This document shows, in pieces, positions 51,538-63,483 of a stretch of 64,000 nt of DNA. This stretch comes from Octopus vulgaris (lineage: Eukaryota). Location: positions 9,424,001 through 9,488,000 of the forward strand of contig OX597831.1 in the NCBI GenBank assembly GCA_951406725.2, given 5' to 3'. A program made the position numbers and the translations under genes. The notes under the pieces were generated by a model that did not search any database, had not been told where the DNA came from, and saw only the letters and a program-made list of their open reading frames with translations. Position 1 is the first letter of the stretch. Each line of letters opens with the position of its first letter.

Positions 51538-51961
51538 CTATTTCTTTACTATCCAAAAGGGCCTAAACACAGAGGGGACAAACAAGGACAGACAAACGGA
51601 TTAAATCGATTACATCGACCCCAGTGCGTAACTGCTACTTAATTTATCGACCCCGAAAGGATAAAAGGCAAAGTCGAACTCGGCGGAATTTGAACTCAGA
51701 ACGTAGCGTCAGACAAAATACCTATTTCTATTTCTTTATTACCCACAAGGGGCTAAACACAGAGGGGACAAACAAGGACAGACATAGGTATTAAGTCGAT
51801 TGCACCGACCCCAGTGCGTAACTAGTACTTATTTAATCGACCCCGAAAGGATGAAAGGCAAAGTCGAACTCGGCGGAATTTGATCTCAGAACGTAACGTC
51901 AGCCGAAATACGGCGACGCATTTCGCCCGGCGTGCTAACGTTTCTGCCAGCTCGCCACCTT
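51538..51961 (-). mobile_element. SINE family A dimer (head plus two bodies)
   Basis: Junction AAATA|CCTATTTC near 51720; flanking duplication GAAGTTAGAAATAC at 51524-51537 and 51969-51982. Confidence 0.92.
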
Positions 51962-52274
51962 CTAACATGAAGTTAGAAATACAAAGGAGAGTGGGGGTCG
52001 CTTTGGAATATTTCTCACCTGTTGCTAATGGTATAACATTTTATAATTTATCGTGTCAGAAAAATACATATCGGAGGGAAGGGCAAGATCACCTTAGCCA
52101 GTGGCCAGCAAGAAAACCAGATGCATAATGCAGCAGGGCGATCAGTTGCCGATCAGTATGAATACTACAGTTCCTGGCCGCTTAACGGTCGATATACATA
52201 TATATATGAAACATGATACGTAGACGTCTATTTAAATTTAATACTAACTCAATTGCATATAACAGATATTTATT

Positions 52275-52430
52275 CTTTTCTATTCAAGGCAAATGGTCTG
52301 AAACTTTTGACCCCGAAAGGATGAAAGGCAAAGGCGACCTCGGTGGAATTTGATCTCAGAACGTAAAGACAGACGAAATACCGCTAATCATATCGCATAG
52401 CGTGCTGAGATCACTGCTAGCTCGCCGCTT
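52275..52430 (-). mobile_element. Internally deleted SINE family A copy with TSD
   Basis: TATAACAGATATT(T/C)ATT at 52258-52274 and 52431-52447. Confidence 0.8.
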
Positions 52431-52500
52431 TATAACAGATATTCATTGAGCCGGGTTGTCCTTCGTAACATCACTGAATCTTCTGTTCCCTGTTTCCTAC

Positions 52501-52581
52501 TGTTATTCAGGTCACTGCCTGGAATTGAACACAGAAGCTTGGGGTTAGTAACCCGTGCTCTTAACCGCTACGCCATATGCT
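52501..52581 (-). mobile_element. tRNA-like head of SINE family E (same as 54222-54296)
   Basis: GCATATGGCGTAGCGGTTAAGAGCACGGGTTACTAACCCCAAG..GTGTTCAATTCCAGGCAGTGACCTGAATAA. Confidence 0.75.
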
Positions 52582-52935
52582 TGTGAAGAAGAAGAAAGAA
52601 AGAAAAGGAAGGCAACTATACACAATCTAAAACCATAAAGAAAAAAATTCACTTATCACTAATTGTGACAGGGGGGGGGAGAGGCTACTGGCACCTATAA
52701 TGTTAGAAATAGAAGTTAAATACCCTTTCATATGCTGACCGTGTTATACGCCCTGTCGCTATATGAAAATGCGCTTTCTTGCGGCACTAAGGGTCTTTAA
52801 CACTTATATCTAGTAATATAGACGCTACCATCAGCCATATATATGTATATATATATATATTATTATATCATATTATATCATATTATATTATATTATATTA
52901 TATTATATTATATTATATTATATTATATTATATAC

Positions 52936-53010
<75 letters not shown>

Positions 53011-54095
53011 TATATTATTGAATATTACATGAGTGAGACTTGAATGGTCAGGAAAATACATTTCCTTCCGTAGATTAGAGTTGGTTTTTAGATTTGTTAC
53101 ATATTTGCTAGAGAGAACGTGTTTGTTTCTGATTTGTTTAGTATGTTTCCTCCGGAGGAAAGTCTTCGAATTCTATTATTCCCTTACGGAGAACGTATAG
53201 AAAACTTTCAGAAATGGCTAGGGAAACTGAAAGCAGAACTATGCTTCTACAATGAGAGTGGCCATTCTCTTCTGCCGATGTAGTGTGAAAGAAATGATTG
53301 CAAATATACGAAGATTAGAAGAACAATAACTTGGCGACAGAAAGTAAAGGACCATTAACAGCGATGTGTCAGCGAAGGATTTGCAGCTAAAACTGGCAGC
53401 TTAATTCTCCTTCATATTTCATTTTCTCAACACGAAGACACACTGGATATTACGTCCTGGATAAGCTATGGTATGGAGGTTAAAATTTTAAGATATTAAT
53501 AGAAAGATGTTGGACATACGTCTGCTCAGTCTGAAATGTGCAGACAAATAACAATGAAATCGGCGTAAACTATGACAGACACAGCATCAGTGGCAACATA
53601 AACATTGAAGCAACAATAGCTGCACGGAAAATGAATGCGTTTTCAACGAGAAAACTTTTCAAGTAAAATAGAAGCAACAACGAAAACAACAACATCATTA
53701 CCAACGCTAACGCTATTACAAAAATCCCAAACATTTTCGTCAGGCCGCAATATATTCCAATGCGGTTTACGTAAAAGTTTTAACTGATAAAAGTTTTAAC
53801 AGATTATTGTCATTTGTCACAAACGATAACAAATTAGAACACATGCACTTTGTACCTTTCAGGAACGAATAGGTTCCATTAGGAGCTCCGCCGTCCGTCG
53901 TTGCTCTCTGTGCACCGTGGGGTGCTCGTAATTAATATTAAATGTGAAAACAGAACTGAAAGTGAACTCAGTTTCAAAAACAAATTATTTCTCAGAAATC
54001 CAGTCAGCTGATACAATGCCTTTCAAAAGAACGTGACAGAACGGAACAATCGAGATTGTACAGTTCTATATTTCAGAGATGAGGAATTATTATGT

Positions 54096-54307
54096 ACATT
54101 ATTTACATTATTTACATTTGACGGATATTTGTCCTCATCTTGTTTGTTGTTAACACAACATTTCGGCTGATATACACGCCAGTTTTCATCAGGCCCTAAA
54201 ATCCACTCCATAATTGCTCGCGGGCATGTGGCGTAGTGGTTAAGAGCGCGGGCTACTAACCCCAATACTCTGAGTACGATTCCAGGCAGTGACATGAATA
54301 ATAATAA

Positions 54308-54349
<42 letters not shown>

Positions 54350-54492
54350 CAACAACAGCAACATCGAAAAATACCCTAGGAATGAGAACCAGGTTTGAAA
54401 TTTCCCCAAGACACCTGGTGAAGGCTGGAGCCTTATTAACGACAAACAAGATGAGGACAGATATCCGTCAAATGAAAATAAAGTAAATAATG
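54096..54492 (+). mobile_element. SINE family E: tRNA head (54222-54296) + (AAT)n + hammerhead-bearing tail, preceded by an inverted copy of the tail (54096-54193)
   Basis: A box TGGCGTAGTGG (54229-54239), B-box-like GAGTACGATTCC (54272-54283); ACAC-CTGGTGA-AGGCTGG at 54411; the inverted copy gives CTGATGA-AAACTGG..CAGCC-GAAA-TG-TT-GTGT. Confidence 0.72.
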
Positions 54493-54698
54493 AATCGAAT
54501 TTGTGTTTGCCACCCAGGATTATTTCCCTACAACTTAATGACACGCATATAAATACAGATCGCATGACCTTCTTCTTATATTACGTAATAAAAGATAAAA
54601 AAATATGACGCGTAAGTAGATGTTTTGATGAACATTTTTGCCGCGATCTTTACAATTTTGGACAATTGTTGAACGTTTTTAAGTGGGTAATATAAAAC

Positions 54699-54855
54699 AG
54701 GCGTGCCTGTGTGGTAAGACGCTTGCTTCTCTACCACATGGTTCCGGGTTGAGTCCCACTGCGTGGTACCTTCTGCAAGTATCTTCTACTATAGCCTCGG
54801 GCCCACCAGAGTCTTGTGAGCGGATTTTATAGGCAGAAACTGAAAGAAGCCCATC

Positions 54856-54923
<68 letters not shown>

Positions 54924-55118
54924 GTGTGTCTGTGTTTGTCCCATCACCGTCGACTGACAACCGATGTTGGTGTGTTTACGTCCCAGTAACTTAGCGGTTC
55001 GGCAAAAGGGGCCGATAGAATAAGTACTAGGCTTACAAAGAATAAGTTTTGGGGTGTTGATTTCGTCGAATAAAGGCACTGCCCCAGCATGGCCGCAGTC
55101 AAATGACTAAAACAAATA
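54699..55118 (+). mobile_element. SINE family B, full length
   Basis: Collinear with 12397-12822. Confidence 0.9.
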
Positions 55119-55472
55119 ATAGGACCAAAGAGTAACTATTTCATTTGACAACGGTTCTTATCTCGAGCCACAAAAGCACGTACGTACATAGAAACATACA
55201 TACGTACATATATACGTACATACTTACGTACATACATAAACGCACACACATATGTATGGTTGTATGTGTGGGAATTGTTAGAATCTTTGGAGCGTCGGAC
55301 AGAACGGGTCTTCGAATTATTAAATTCAAGCCGCTGGCGCTCTGAGATAAAATGGCCCCATTGGAATACTTAAATTGTTGCTCTGTTTAATAGCACAACC
55401 AGACATTTTATTTGCATTTATCATAATCAACTGACGCAAGCGCCTGTGTGGGTCTTCCGGTTTGAAGATCTC

Positions 55473-55511
<39 letters not shown>

Positions 55512-55607
55512 CACACACCTGTCTCTGAGGCCCTGTAGCGAATCGTGTGTACTTTCTACAATCTTCATTAAAACTTTATAAAATATATTAAAAAATACAC
55601 AATAAAG

Positions 55608-55647
<40 letters not shown>

Positions 55648-56181
55648 GCGCGCTAATAGACACACGCACGCACAAACATAAATACATACATATGGCTGGA
55701 TAACTATGGACAACTACCATGAGCCTTCGAGCTCGGATAACAATGGACAACTGCTTCGAAGCCTCCACCTTCTAAATCCAGATTTCAAATCGCCATTTAT
55801 ATCAATATAATTGTTGAACTTGATTTTGTGTCTAAAATGCCCAACTGACATTATCATTAGGAGTAAGTTTGAATTTTCATTAAAAGAAATCAAACAACTG
55901 ACTCGCACATTAAAAATACAATCTTTAGGTCGAACAGTAAACGCATGCAGTGCCTCTCCAGTTCAAAACGTGAGATGGCTTTTATTATCTACATTCCCAA
56001 CTATGAAGCTTTTCATCTTTGTTTTGAAACCAGCTGCTTCCCCAGTGGAAAAATATAAATAATTGAAAGGAGATGATATCCTATATACGTACACACATAC
56101 TTACATGCGTACGTACATACACACACGTATATAAACATACGGGAAGCACACGCTCACAGACAAATTTGCATGCCTACGTTC

Positions 56182-56234
<53 letters not shown>

Positions 56235-56243
56235 TATATTTAC

Positions 56244-56307
<64 letters not shown>

Positions 56308-56596
56308 GAAATATTAAAATTACTAAGTCTCTCTAAAAGAGAACAGCGGCAGCGTTCCCGGAAAATAATAGTTATCGCCATACTAATATGGCATTCTTTT
56401 TCTTATTTTTATAAGAATGCCATATTAGTATGGCGATAACTATTATTTTCCGGGAACGCTGCCGCTGTTCTCTTTTAGAGAGACTTAGTATTTTAATATT
56501 TCTATTATTGAAAACAAGTGGATGTATTCCACCGAAACTAGGTAAATAAAACCATCGAACAGAGATTGTCGGAAGCGACACCTACTGACTGGCTAC

Positions 56597-56638
56597 GATG
56601 CATTGAAAAGGGGCAATACCCCGAAACGCGTCTGTAGC
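56597..56638 (+). ncRNA. Type I hammerhead ribozyme, U3-A8 core (unit 1)
   Basis: GATGCA-TTGAAAA-GGGG(CAATA)CCCC-GAAA-CGCG-TC^TGTAGC; cut after 56632; one A-G mismatch in stem I. Confidence 0.82.
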
Positions 56639-56958
56639 TGCCGGTCAAGTAGTGTGGAGCGACTGATCTCCCTTGTTCGAAGGTTATATGGATACAGTTT
56701 GTGTATCAAATAGCTAACTTAAGGCGATGGCCTCATGGAGCTAATAAGCGGACAGCTTTTTTCTTATTTTTATAAGAATGCCATATTAGTATGGCGATAA
56801 CTATTATTTTCCGGGAACGCTGCCGCTGTTCTCTTTTAGAGAGACTTAGTAATTTTAATATTTCTATTATTGAAAACAAGTGGATGTATTCCACCGAAAC
56901 TAGGTAAATAAAACCATCGAACAGAGATTGTCGGAAGCGACACCTACTGACTGGCTAC

Positions 56959-57000
56959 GATGCATTGAAAAGGGGCAATACCCCGAAACGCGTCTGTAGC
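56959..57000 (+). ncRNA. Type I hammerhead ribozyme, U3-A8 core (unit 2)
   Basis: Identical to unit 1; cut after 56994. Confidence 0.82.
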
Positions 57001-57320
57001 TGCCGGTCAAGTAGTGTGGAGCGACTGACCTCCCTTGTTCGAAGGTTATATGGATACAGTTTGTGTATCAAATAGCTAACTTAAGGCGATGGCCTCATGG
57101 AGCTAATAAGCGGACAGCTTTTTTCTTATTTTTATAAGAATGCCATATTAGTATGGCGATAACTATTATTTTCCGGGAACGCTGCCGCTGTTCTCTTTTA
57201 GAGAGACTTAGTAATTTTAATATTTCTATTATTGAAAACAAGTGGATGTATTCCACCGAAGCTAGGTAAATAAAACCTTTGAACAGAGATTGTCGGAAGC
57301 GACACCTACTGACTGGCTAC

Positions 57321-57362
57321 GCTGCATTGAAAAGGGGCAATACCCCGAAACGCGTCTGTAGC
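57321..57362 (+). ncRNA. Type I hammerhead ribozyme, U3-A8 core (unit 3, fully paired stem I)
   Basis: GCTGCA-TTGAAAA-GGGG(CAATA)CCCC-GAAA-CGCG-TC^TGTAGC; cut after 57356. Confidence 0.87.
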
Positions 57363-58116
57363 TGCCGGTCAAGTAGTGTGGAGCGACTGACCTCCCTTGT
57401 TCGAAGGTTATATGGATACAGTTTGTGTATCAAATAGCTAACTTAAGGCGATGGCCTCATGGAGCTAATAAGCGGACAGCTTTTTTCTTATTTTTATAAG
57501 AATGCCATATTAGTATGGCGATAACTATTATTTTATATATATATATATATTTGTATGTATGTATATATATGTACGTATGTATGCAAATGTGTCTGTGAGC
57601 GTGTGTGTTTACTGTATATTATTGAAACATAAAACTTAACTAAATAGAAAATTCCTCACCATTGAAGACTTTTGATATTTGAAATGATATTATTTAAAGC
57701 TATAAAAAGGTGCAATGAGAGAGGCGAGATGAAGAAATGATAAATTGTTTGGCAGGTAGATAAAGGTGCATGTTCTCAAACACAGAAGAAATTGAAAGAT
57801 AAAGCATTAAAAACATAAAAAAAAATTTATAAAACTATGAATATATCTTTCGTGAATATTTGTGAGGGGTTTTGGAGCAATTCGGATGCGTGGACACGTT
57901 GGAGGTAGTTTTTCAATGTCATCTCTAACTATTTCAGAAAAAAGCACCTTCAAAATTGAGGTGATATCAAACAACGTCATTTCAAATAAATATATATATT
58001 CTTCAATATTCTACATCTTCTTCTTAATAATATCACTATTATTATTATCATTATTATTATTATTATTAATATTATTATTATTATTATCATTATTATTATT
58101 ATCATTATAATTATTA

Positions 58117-58216
<100 letters not shown>

Positions 58217-58426
58217 GTTGTTGTTGTTGTTGTTATGATAATGATAATAACCCAGCTATCATACATGTGCAAAATCCTTTTGTTATGAGCTGATATTAAT
58301 TTGCTTCTAATGTAATCTGGTCTCTGCCAGAAGAAGAAGAAGAAGAAGAAGAAGAAGAAGAAGAAGAAGAAGAAGAAGAAGAAGAAGAAGAAGATGATGA
58401 TGATAACAATGATGATGATGATGATA

Positions 58427-58472
<46 letters not shown>

Positions 58473-58660
58473 CCACCAAGATCATTATCATCATCGCAAC
58501 TGACAACTGTTTAATGTAATTTTTCTCCATGCATTTTATTTGCCGGTTCTATCGTCTGATTAAATATCGCCAATTTGCATTTAACATCCATAGTTATGTA
58601 AACACGTCGATCTCTACTACCCCCCCACACACACATACACACATTCATAAGACCATGCAA

Positions 58661-58696
<36 letters not shown>

Positions 58697-58958
58697 CTTT
58701 AAAGGTCTTTGTGCGTGTGCGTGGGTGCGCTTGTCTGTGTGTTACGAGAAGGGGGTGTACAAAAGTGTATATTTACTTACTTAAGTATACATGCTTGTGC
58801 ATGTGTTGGTTTATATAGATATATATATGTGTGTGTGTGCGTTTGTGTAATCATGCCTACACACACATATCTATATATGTGTATAAATATATATATGTAT
58901 ATGTATACATGTGTTTACATATATATACATGTATGCATATATTTATATACGTACATGC

Positions 58959-58998
<40 letters not shown>

Positions 58999-59447
58999 AT
59001 GTGTATAATGTGTTTGCGTATATATATATTATATACATGCGTACATACACACACGCATACCCATGCATAAATTCGTGTATTTCTCTACACATTGGGGCGA
59101 CTCTTTTAAGCGTATATGTTTAAATATTTGAACAGAATGTATATTGACAATAATACCATGTTGACCAACTAGTTAACTAATAATTACTCTTTAATTGGTT
59201 TCCGTTTCCTTGCTTTAATGATACACCACTCAATTTAATGAATAGAATTCTTCTCTGGAAAATGTTTCTCATTGGAATTTACAACTTTTGAATATCAAAT
59301 AAGCAGAAATACATAATTTGGAACTTCTTTATATAAAATTCATTTTAACTCTTAATGATATCAGTCATAGACAGGTAACGACATTTTGGGAAGAGCATAT
59401 CGTGAATTTGTTTTTGAAGGTTTTAATTAATTTTTTTTCACTAATTA

Positions 59448-59855
59448 TAGGCGCAAGAGTGGCTGTGTGGTAGGTAGCTTGCTAACCAACCACATGGTTC
59501 CGGGTTCAGTCCCACTGGGCAAGTGTTTTCTACTATAGCCTCGGGTCGACCAAAGCCTTGTGAGTGGATTTGGTAGACGGAAAACTGATAGAAGCCCGTC
59601 GTATATATGTATATATATATATATATATGTATGCGTGTGTGTGTTTGTGTGTCTGTGTTTGTCCCCCTAGCATTGCTTGACAACCGATGCTGGTGTGTTT
59701 ATGTCCCCGTTACTTAGCGGTTCGGCAAAAGAGACGATAGAATAAGTACTGGGCTTACAAAAGAATAAGTCCCGGGGTCGAGTTGCTCGATTAAAGGCGG
59801 TGCTCCAGCATGGCCGCAGTCAAATGACTGAAACAAGTAAAAGAGTAAAAGAGAG
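59448..59855 (+). mobile_element. SINE family B, young full-length copy (small deletion after the B box)
   Basis: Nearly identical to 12397-12822. Confidence 0.92.
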
Positions 59856-59929
59856 AGAGAGGGTAACTTGTTACAGGAGGAAAAAGAGTGGTTCGGGAAG
59901 CCTTCAGGAATAGTTAGTTTAGCTTGGGT

Positions 59930-60235
59930 CTGTCATGAAGCCTCGGACTCATAAGGGCCGAACTCAAGAGTTTCATGGCGTATAACTATCTGAGGTTAGA
60001 AATCTTATCGGTGGACGGGACGCCAGTCCTTCGCAGGTTTGCCTTTCTTAGTATTGATGGAACCCATTTACAGTTGGGTGGACTGGAGCAGGGTGAAAAG
60101 AAGTGCTTTGCTAACGGTCACCAGCGCCGTTCGCTTTGGAAATAGAAACTATACACAACACAGAACCCGGTTTAGGAATCGTTACTACAACCTTTGATCC
60201 TGAGTGCAACTATTTAACCTCTTGAGAACTTGCCT
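59930..60235 (-). mobile_element. SINE family C, old copy
   Basis: Minus strand: GCTCCAGTCCACCCAACTGTAAATGGGTTCC..CCTGCGAAGGACTGGCGTCCCGTCCA..CCCTTATGAG. Confidence 0.65.
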
Positions 60236-62049
60236 TCAAGAGTTGTTACAAGAAGAATAAAAGTTTCTTCGTTAAAATATACCTGGCGTTAGTTGAAAGA
60301 CAGTGTTAAAGCTTGCGATGGGGACTAAACCTTCCATGCAGGAACACAAATGTTCCCTACTTCCGTTTGGCTTCTTCCACAGCTTCTTTCTATCTTATTT
60401 CAGCTAAACAAAAATGTTGCTTAATGCGAAGTAACATTAGAATGTACATGCCGAAGTTAGTAGAGAATGTGTTCAGTGCAGAAACCACGCAATTGCTACG
60501 GAAAAGTCTGAAGCTAATCTTTAGTCATGCTGTATCGATCTATCTAAAAATTAAAAACTGTTTTTGTCGAGAACATAACTGAAAGCGGAAGATTTCCACC
60601 TTGTGTGTCGGAGGTTCTACCCATAATATTTGGGGCATAGAAGCATATTTTGTCTCGGCGTCTCTACTTTTGTTCAATTTAGATATTTACTTTTGTTGCT
60701 CGTGTGTACATAGATAGATTTAGTGGTTTATATTTGCTCATGTATAGAAAGCAGGCTTAAGCGTACGACAATGGAAACGGCGAATTTAAATTCCAATTCT
60801 TACTAGAAGCTTCAAAACTCTCAGAAAATTCAATGTGAACATTCCATGGGAATTTAGCGTGCATACTGGCCAACGAATAAGACAATGTAAACCAAGTATT
60901 ATTCACTGTGATAAAAATGACAGCTGAGGTATAATTGTTTGTAAATTTTTATTAAGCGATCATGATGTCCTGTAGAATCTATCTGAAAATTTAGCGACGT
61001 CTACACGACTAAATTTTAAACTAGAAGTCCTATGGTCCCTAAAATGTTTTATCATGCTATTTTGAATAGGTACAATCTGAGGGATAAACAAGTATATCTA
61101 TAAGAGAATTGTGTAATAGGAATCAATTAGGATGGATGGTCATTTAGTCAGACAATGACACAAATATTGTTGCTTCTTGACGATTTTCTGAGAACAGGAG
61201 TGAAACCGAAATACATTGGCCCAGATATATATTCAAAACTGAGCTACCCTGGCCCATACATGGAAGAGGACACTTTGTACTTGTGCTTCCAGGCGAAGAG
61301 TTGTATTCAGTGATATATAACAGCAGCTCAATCAGATGCAGCTAAATTCTCTGAAGTGGGTGCCAACATTGCCCTTCTGCCCTCACTTTTCCTACACACA
61401 GTGGCACATTCTAATTTCGGTCTGTTACTTCTAGAGAGAGAGAGGCCGTATAATTTCCTTCTGAAGACAAGTCCAGCTATCGCTATTTATGCTGGCACCG
61501 GTGCCTTTGTGCTCGCTCGGCTGCTCTTGTCACTGTTGTCATTTCCATAGCGACTGCCTCAGCTGTGGATACATCTACTGTTGGGGGCTAAAGTCTTCTT
61601 TGTTGTCACTGTTCTGGATGTTGCTTTTTTCTTGGGGCTAAATAACAGTAACGTTCTTCCCTTTCCTGGCACTGCCATATTAAGTTGGCAACAAACCATC
61701 ACTTTATCGTGCTGCTACGGCACAACTCTCTCTGAGATATTTAGAAGTGCAATATTTCTAATTTAGTAATACAATAGTTCTACTTCATCGCTGAAATCGT
61801 ATCCCTTTCCTCTAAAAAGCCGTGTGTAACCATTAAGGTTGCTGCTGTTCCTGTTGCTGTTGAGCGGACGGTCTTCGTCCCAGAGCTCGCAAGATGGGAG
61901 AAGTCCGAAACGTGGTCCTTTGCTATTCGTAAGACCCGCAGAAGAGGAAGCAGGTCAACCTCCGACACCGAGAGCATCCAGGCTCAGCGGTTGCGTAGGA
62001 AGTCGGGGACAAGAAACAGGAAGAAAGAGTGAGAGAAAGTTGGGACGAA

Positions 62050-62210
62050 AGAGTACAACAGGGGTCGCCACCCCATCCCCCTGCCGGAGCCTCGTGGAGC
62101 TTTAGGTGTTTTCGCTCAATAAACACACACAACGCCCGGTCTGGGAATCGAAACCGCGATCCTCCGACCGCGAGTCCGCTGCCCTAACCATTTGGCCATT
62201 GCGCCTCCAC
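62050..62210 (-). mobile_element. tRNA-derived SINE family D, 5' part
   Basis: GTGGAGGCGCAATGGCCAAATGGTTAGGGCAGCGGACTCGCGGTCGGAGGATCGCGGTTTCGATTCCCAGACCGGG: A and B boxes but no acceptor stem; continues into a non-tRNA body. Confidence 0.7.
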
Positions 62211-62489
62211 TTACGGTTGCTGCTTTTATTAATGTTGTTTCTTTTCTTGTTGATATTATCGTTCTTGCTGCTTTCCGCAATTGCAGAAGTCCAATTTTCT
62301 GGACTTCCAGTTATGAACGCTTGCAAAATCTGTCCCTACACTTCCAAAAGAAGGATGAAAGGGGTGGCCCCTAGCAAGTGCTGCACCTCCATTTGCGAGT
62401 TACATCTTTATTCATCGTTCAGATTGTTGATTGTGGAAAACAATAATACGTTTGAGAAAATTCGTGATTTTTCGAAACATGAATCCTAA

Positions 62490-62638
62490 TACTCAAATGG
62501 TGTCCATTCTATCGAGGCCGAGATTGGGGAAAGCCAAAGTCGATCACGGTGGTATTTGAACTCAGGCTGTAAAGACAGACGAAACGTTACCAAGCAATGT
62601 GGCCGGCGTTTCAACGATTGAACCAGCTCGCAGCCTTA
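62490..62638 (-). mobile_element. SINE family A, old copy
   Basis: CAAAGTCGA..TTTGAACTCAG..GACAGACGAAA..CCAGCTCGC-GCCTT. Confidence 0.65.
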
Positions 62639-63021
62639 AGCATCAGCTCAAATAATATTATTGTAAAGATTGCTTTGAGTTAATCGGTTGTCATCAAGTG
62701 TTTATTTGTTGAGCTTCACACTTGAAATTCACATTTTAAATATTTAAGAAGATTGAAGATTTATTTTAAAACACTTCAGCATTTTTCCCTTCATCATTTT
62801 TTATTTCGGTGCAAAAGAAACAAAAACAAGAAAGACAAAAAAAAAAGAAAAGAAGTCTGGTGGGTGGAATTACTGAAGGGTTAAAAATGCTGAACCATCA
62901 AATTGTTTGATCTCAAAGATTATTAAAACAAAAAACATTGATTCAGGGACTTATGACATAACGGAGATTGTCTTTATGAAAATTTACGTATTTATAATAT
63001 ATATATATATATATATTTATG

Positions 63022-63086
<65 letters not shown>

Positions 63087-63096
63087 GGATATATAT

Positions 63097-63136
<40 letters not shown>

Positions 63137-63393
63137 ATATAAGTATATGTAAGTATATATAAATATATATGTATGTATGTGAATATATGTGTGTTTGTGA
63201 GTGTGTGTGTGCGTATACAGAGAAATTACGTAAGATAGTTAGGTACATAGAATCAATAGGTACTGTATGGATTATTGCTTCGATTTCTGTTTGGGGATTA
63301 AAACTTTTCTCTTATCCTTGTTTCCTTGCGGGCTAAAGTTAAGAATGGAGAGGATTAAATTTTTTTTATTGAATATCATCATCACAGCACTAT

Positions 63394-63435
<42 letters not shown>

Positions 63436-63436
63436 A

Positions 63437-63483
<47 letters not shown>

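Larger units (their letters stand above)
56302..57534 (+). mobile_element. Tandem array of 362-bp hammerhead-containing units (3 full + short partial) with a 5' inverted segment; Penelope-pLTR / non-LTR-retrozyme-like; inserted in (TA)n
   Basis: ATAAGAATGCC recurs at 56411, 56772, 57134 and 57496; the units differ at only a few positions; 56302-56398 is the reverse complement of 56413-56508; (TA)n on both sides. Confidence 0.88.

Noticed and set aside
55405-55465. Cluster of ATTTGCAT, TGACGCAA and CTTCCGG motifs next to (CT)n
   Set aside because: Short motifs without transcription-start evidence; cannot support a promoter call.
56397-57534. CRISPR-like or plain satellite interpretation of the regular repeats (also the 184-bp SINE units)
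   Set aside because: Units are wholly repeated with no unique spacers, the context is eukaryotic and no cas genes are present.
61200-62050. GC-richer non-repetitive stretch with short ORFs next to SINE D
   Set aside because: Possibly a decayed retroelement ORF1 on the minus strand, but I could not recognise any motif; needs blastx.
62135-62210. tRNA-like sequences here and at 54222 and 52501 as tRNA genes
   Set aside because: No acceptor stem or poly-T terminator; they continue into repeat bodies, so they are SINE heads.
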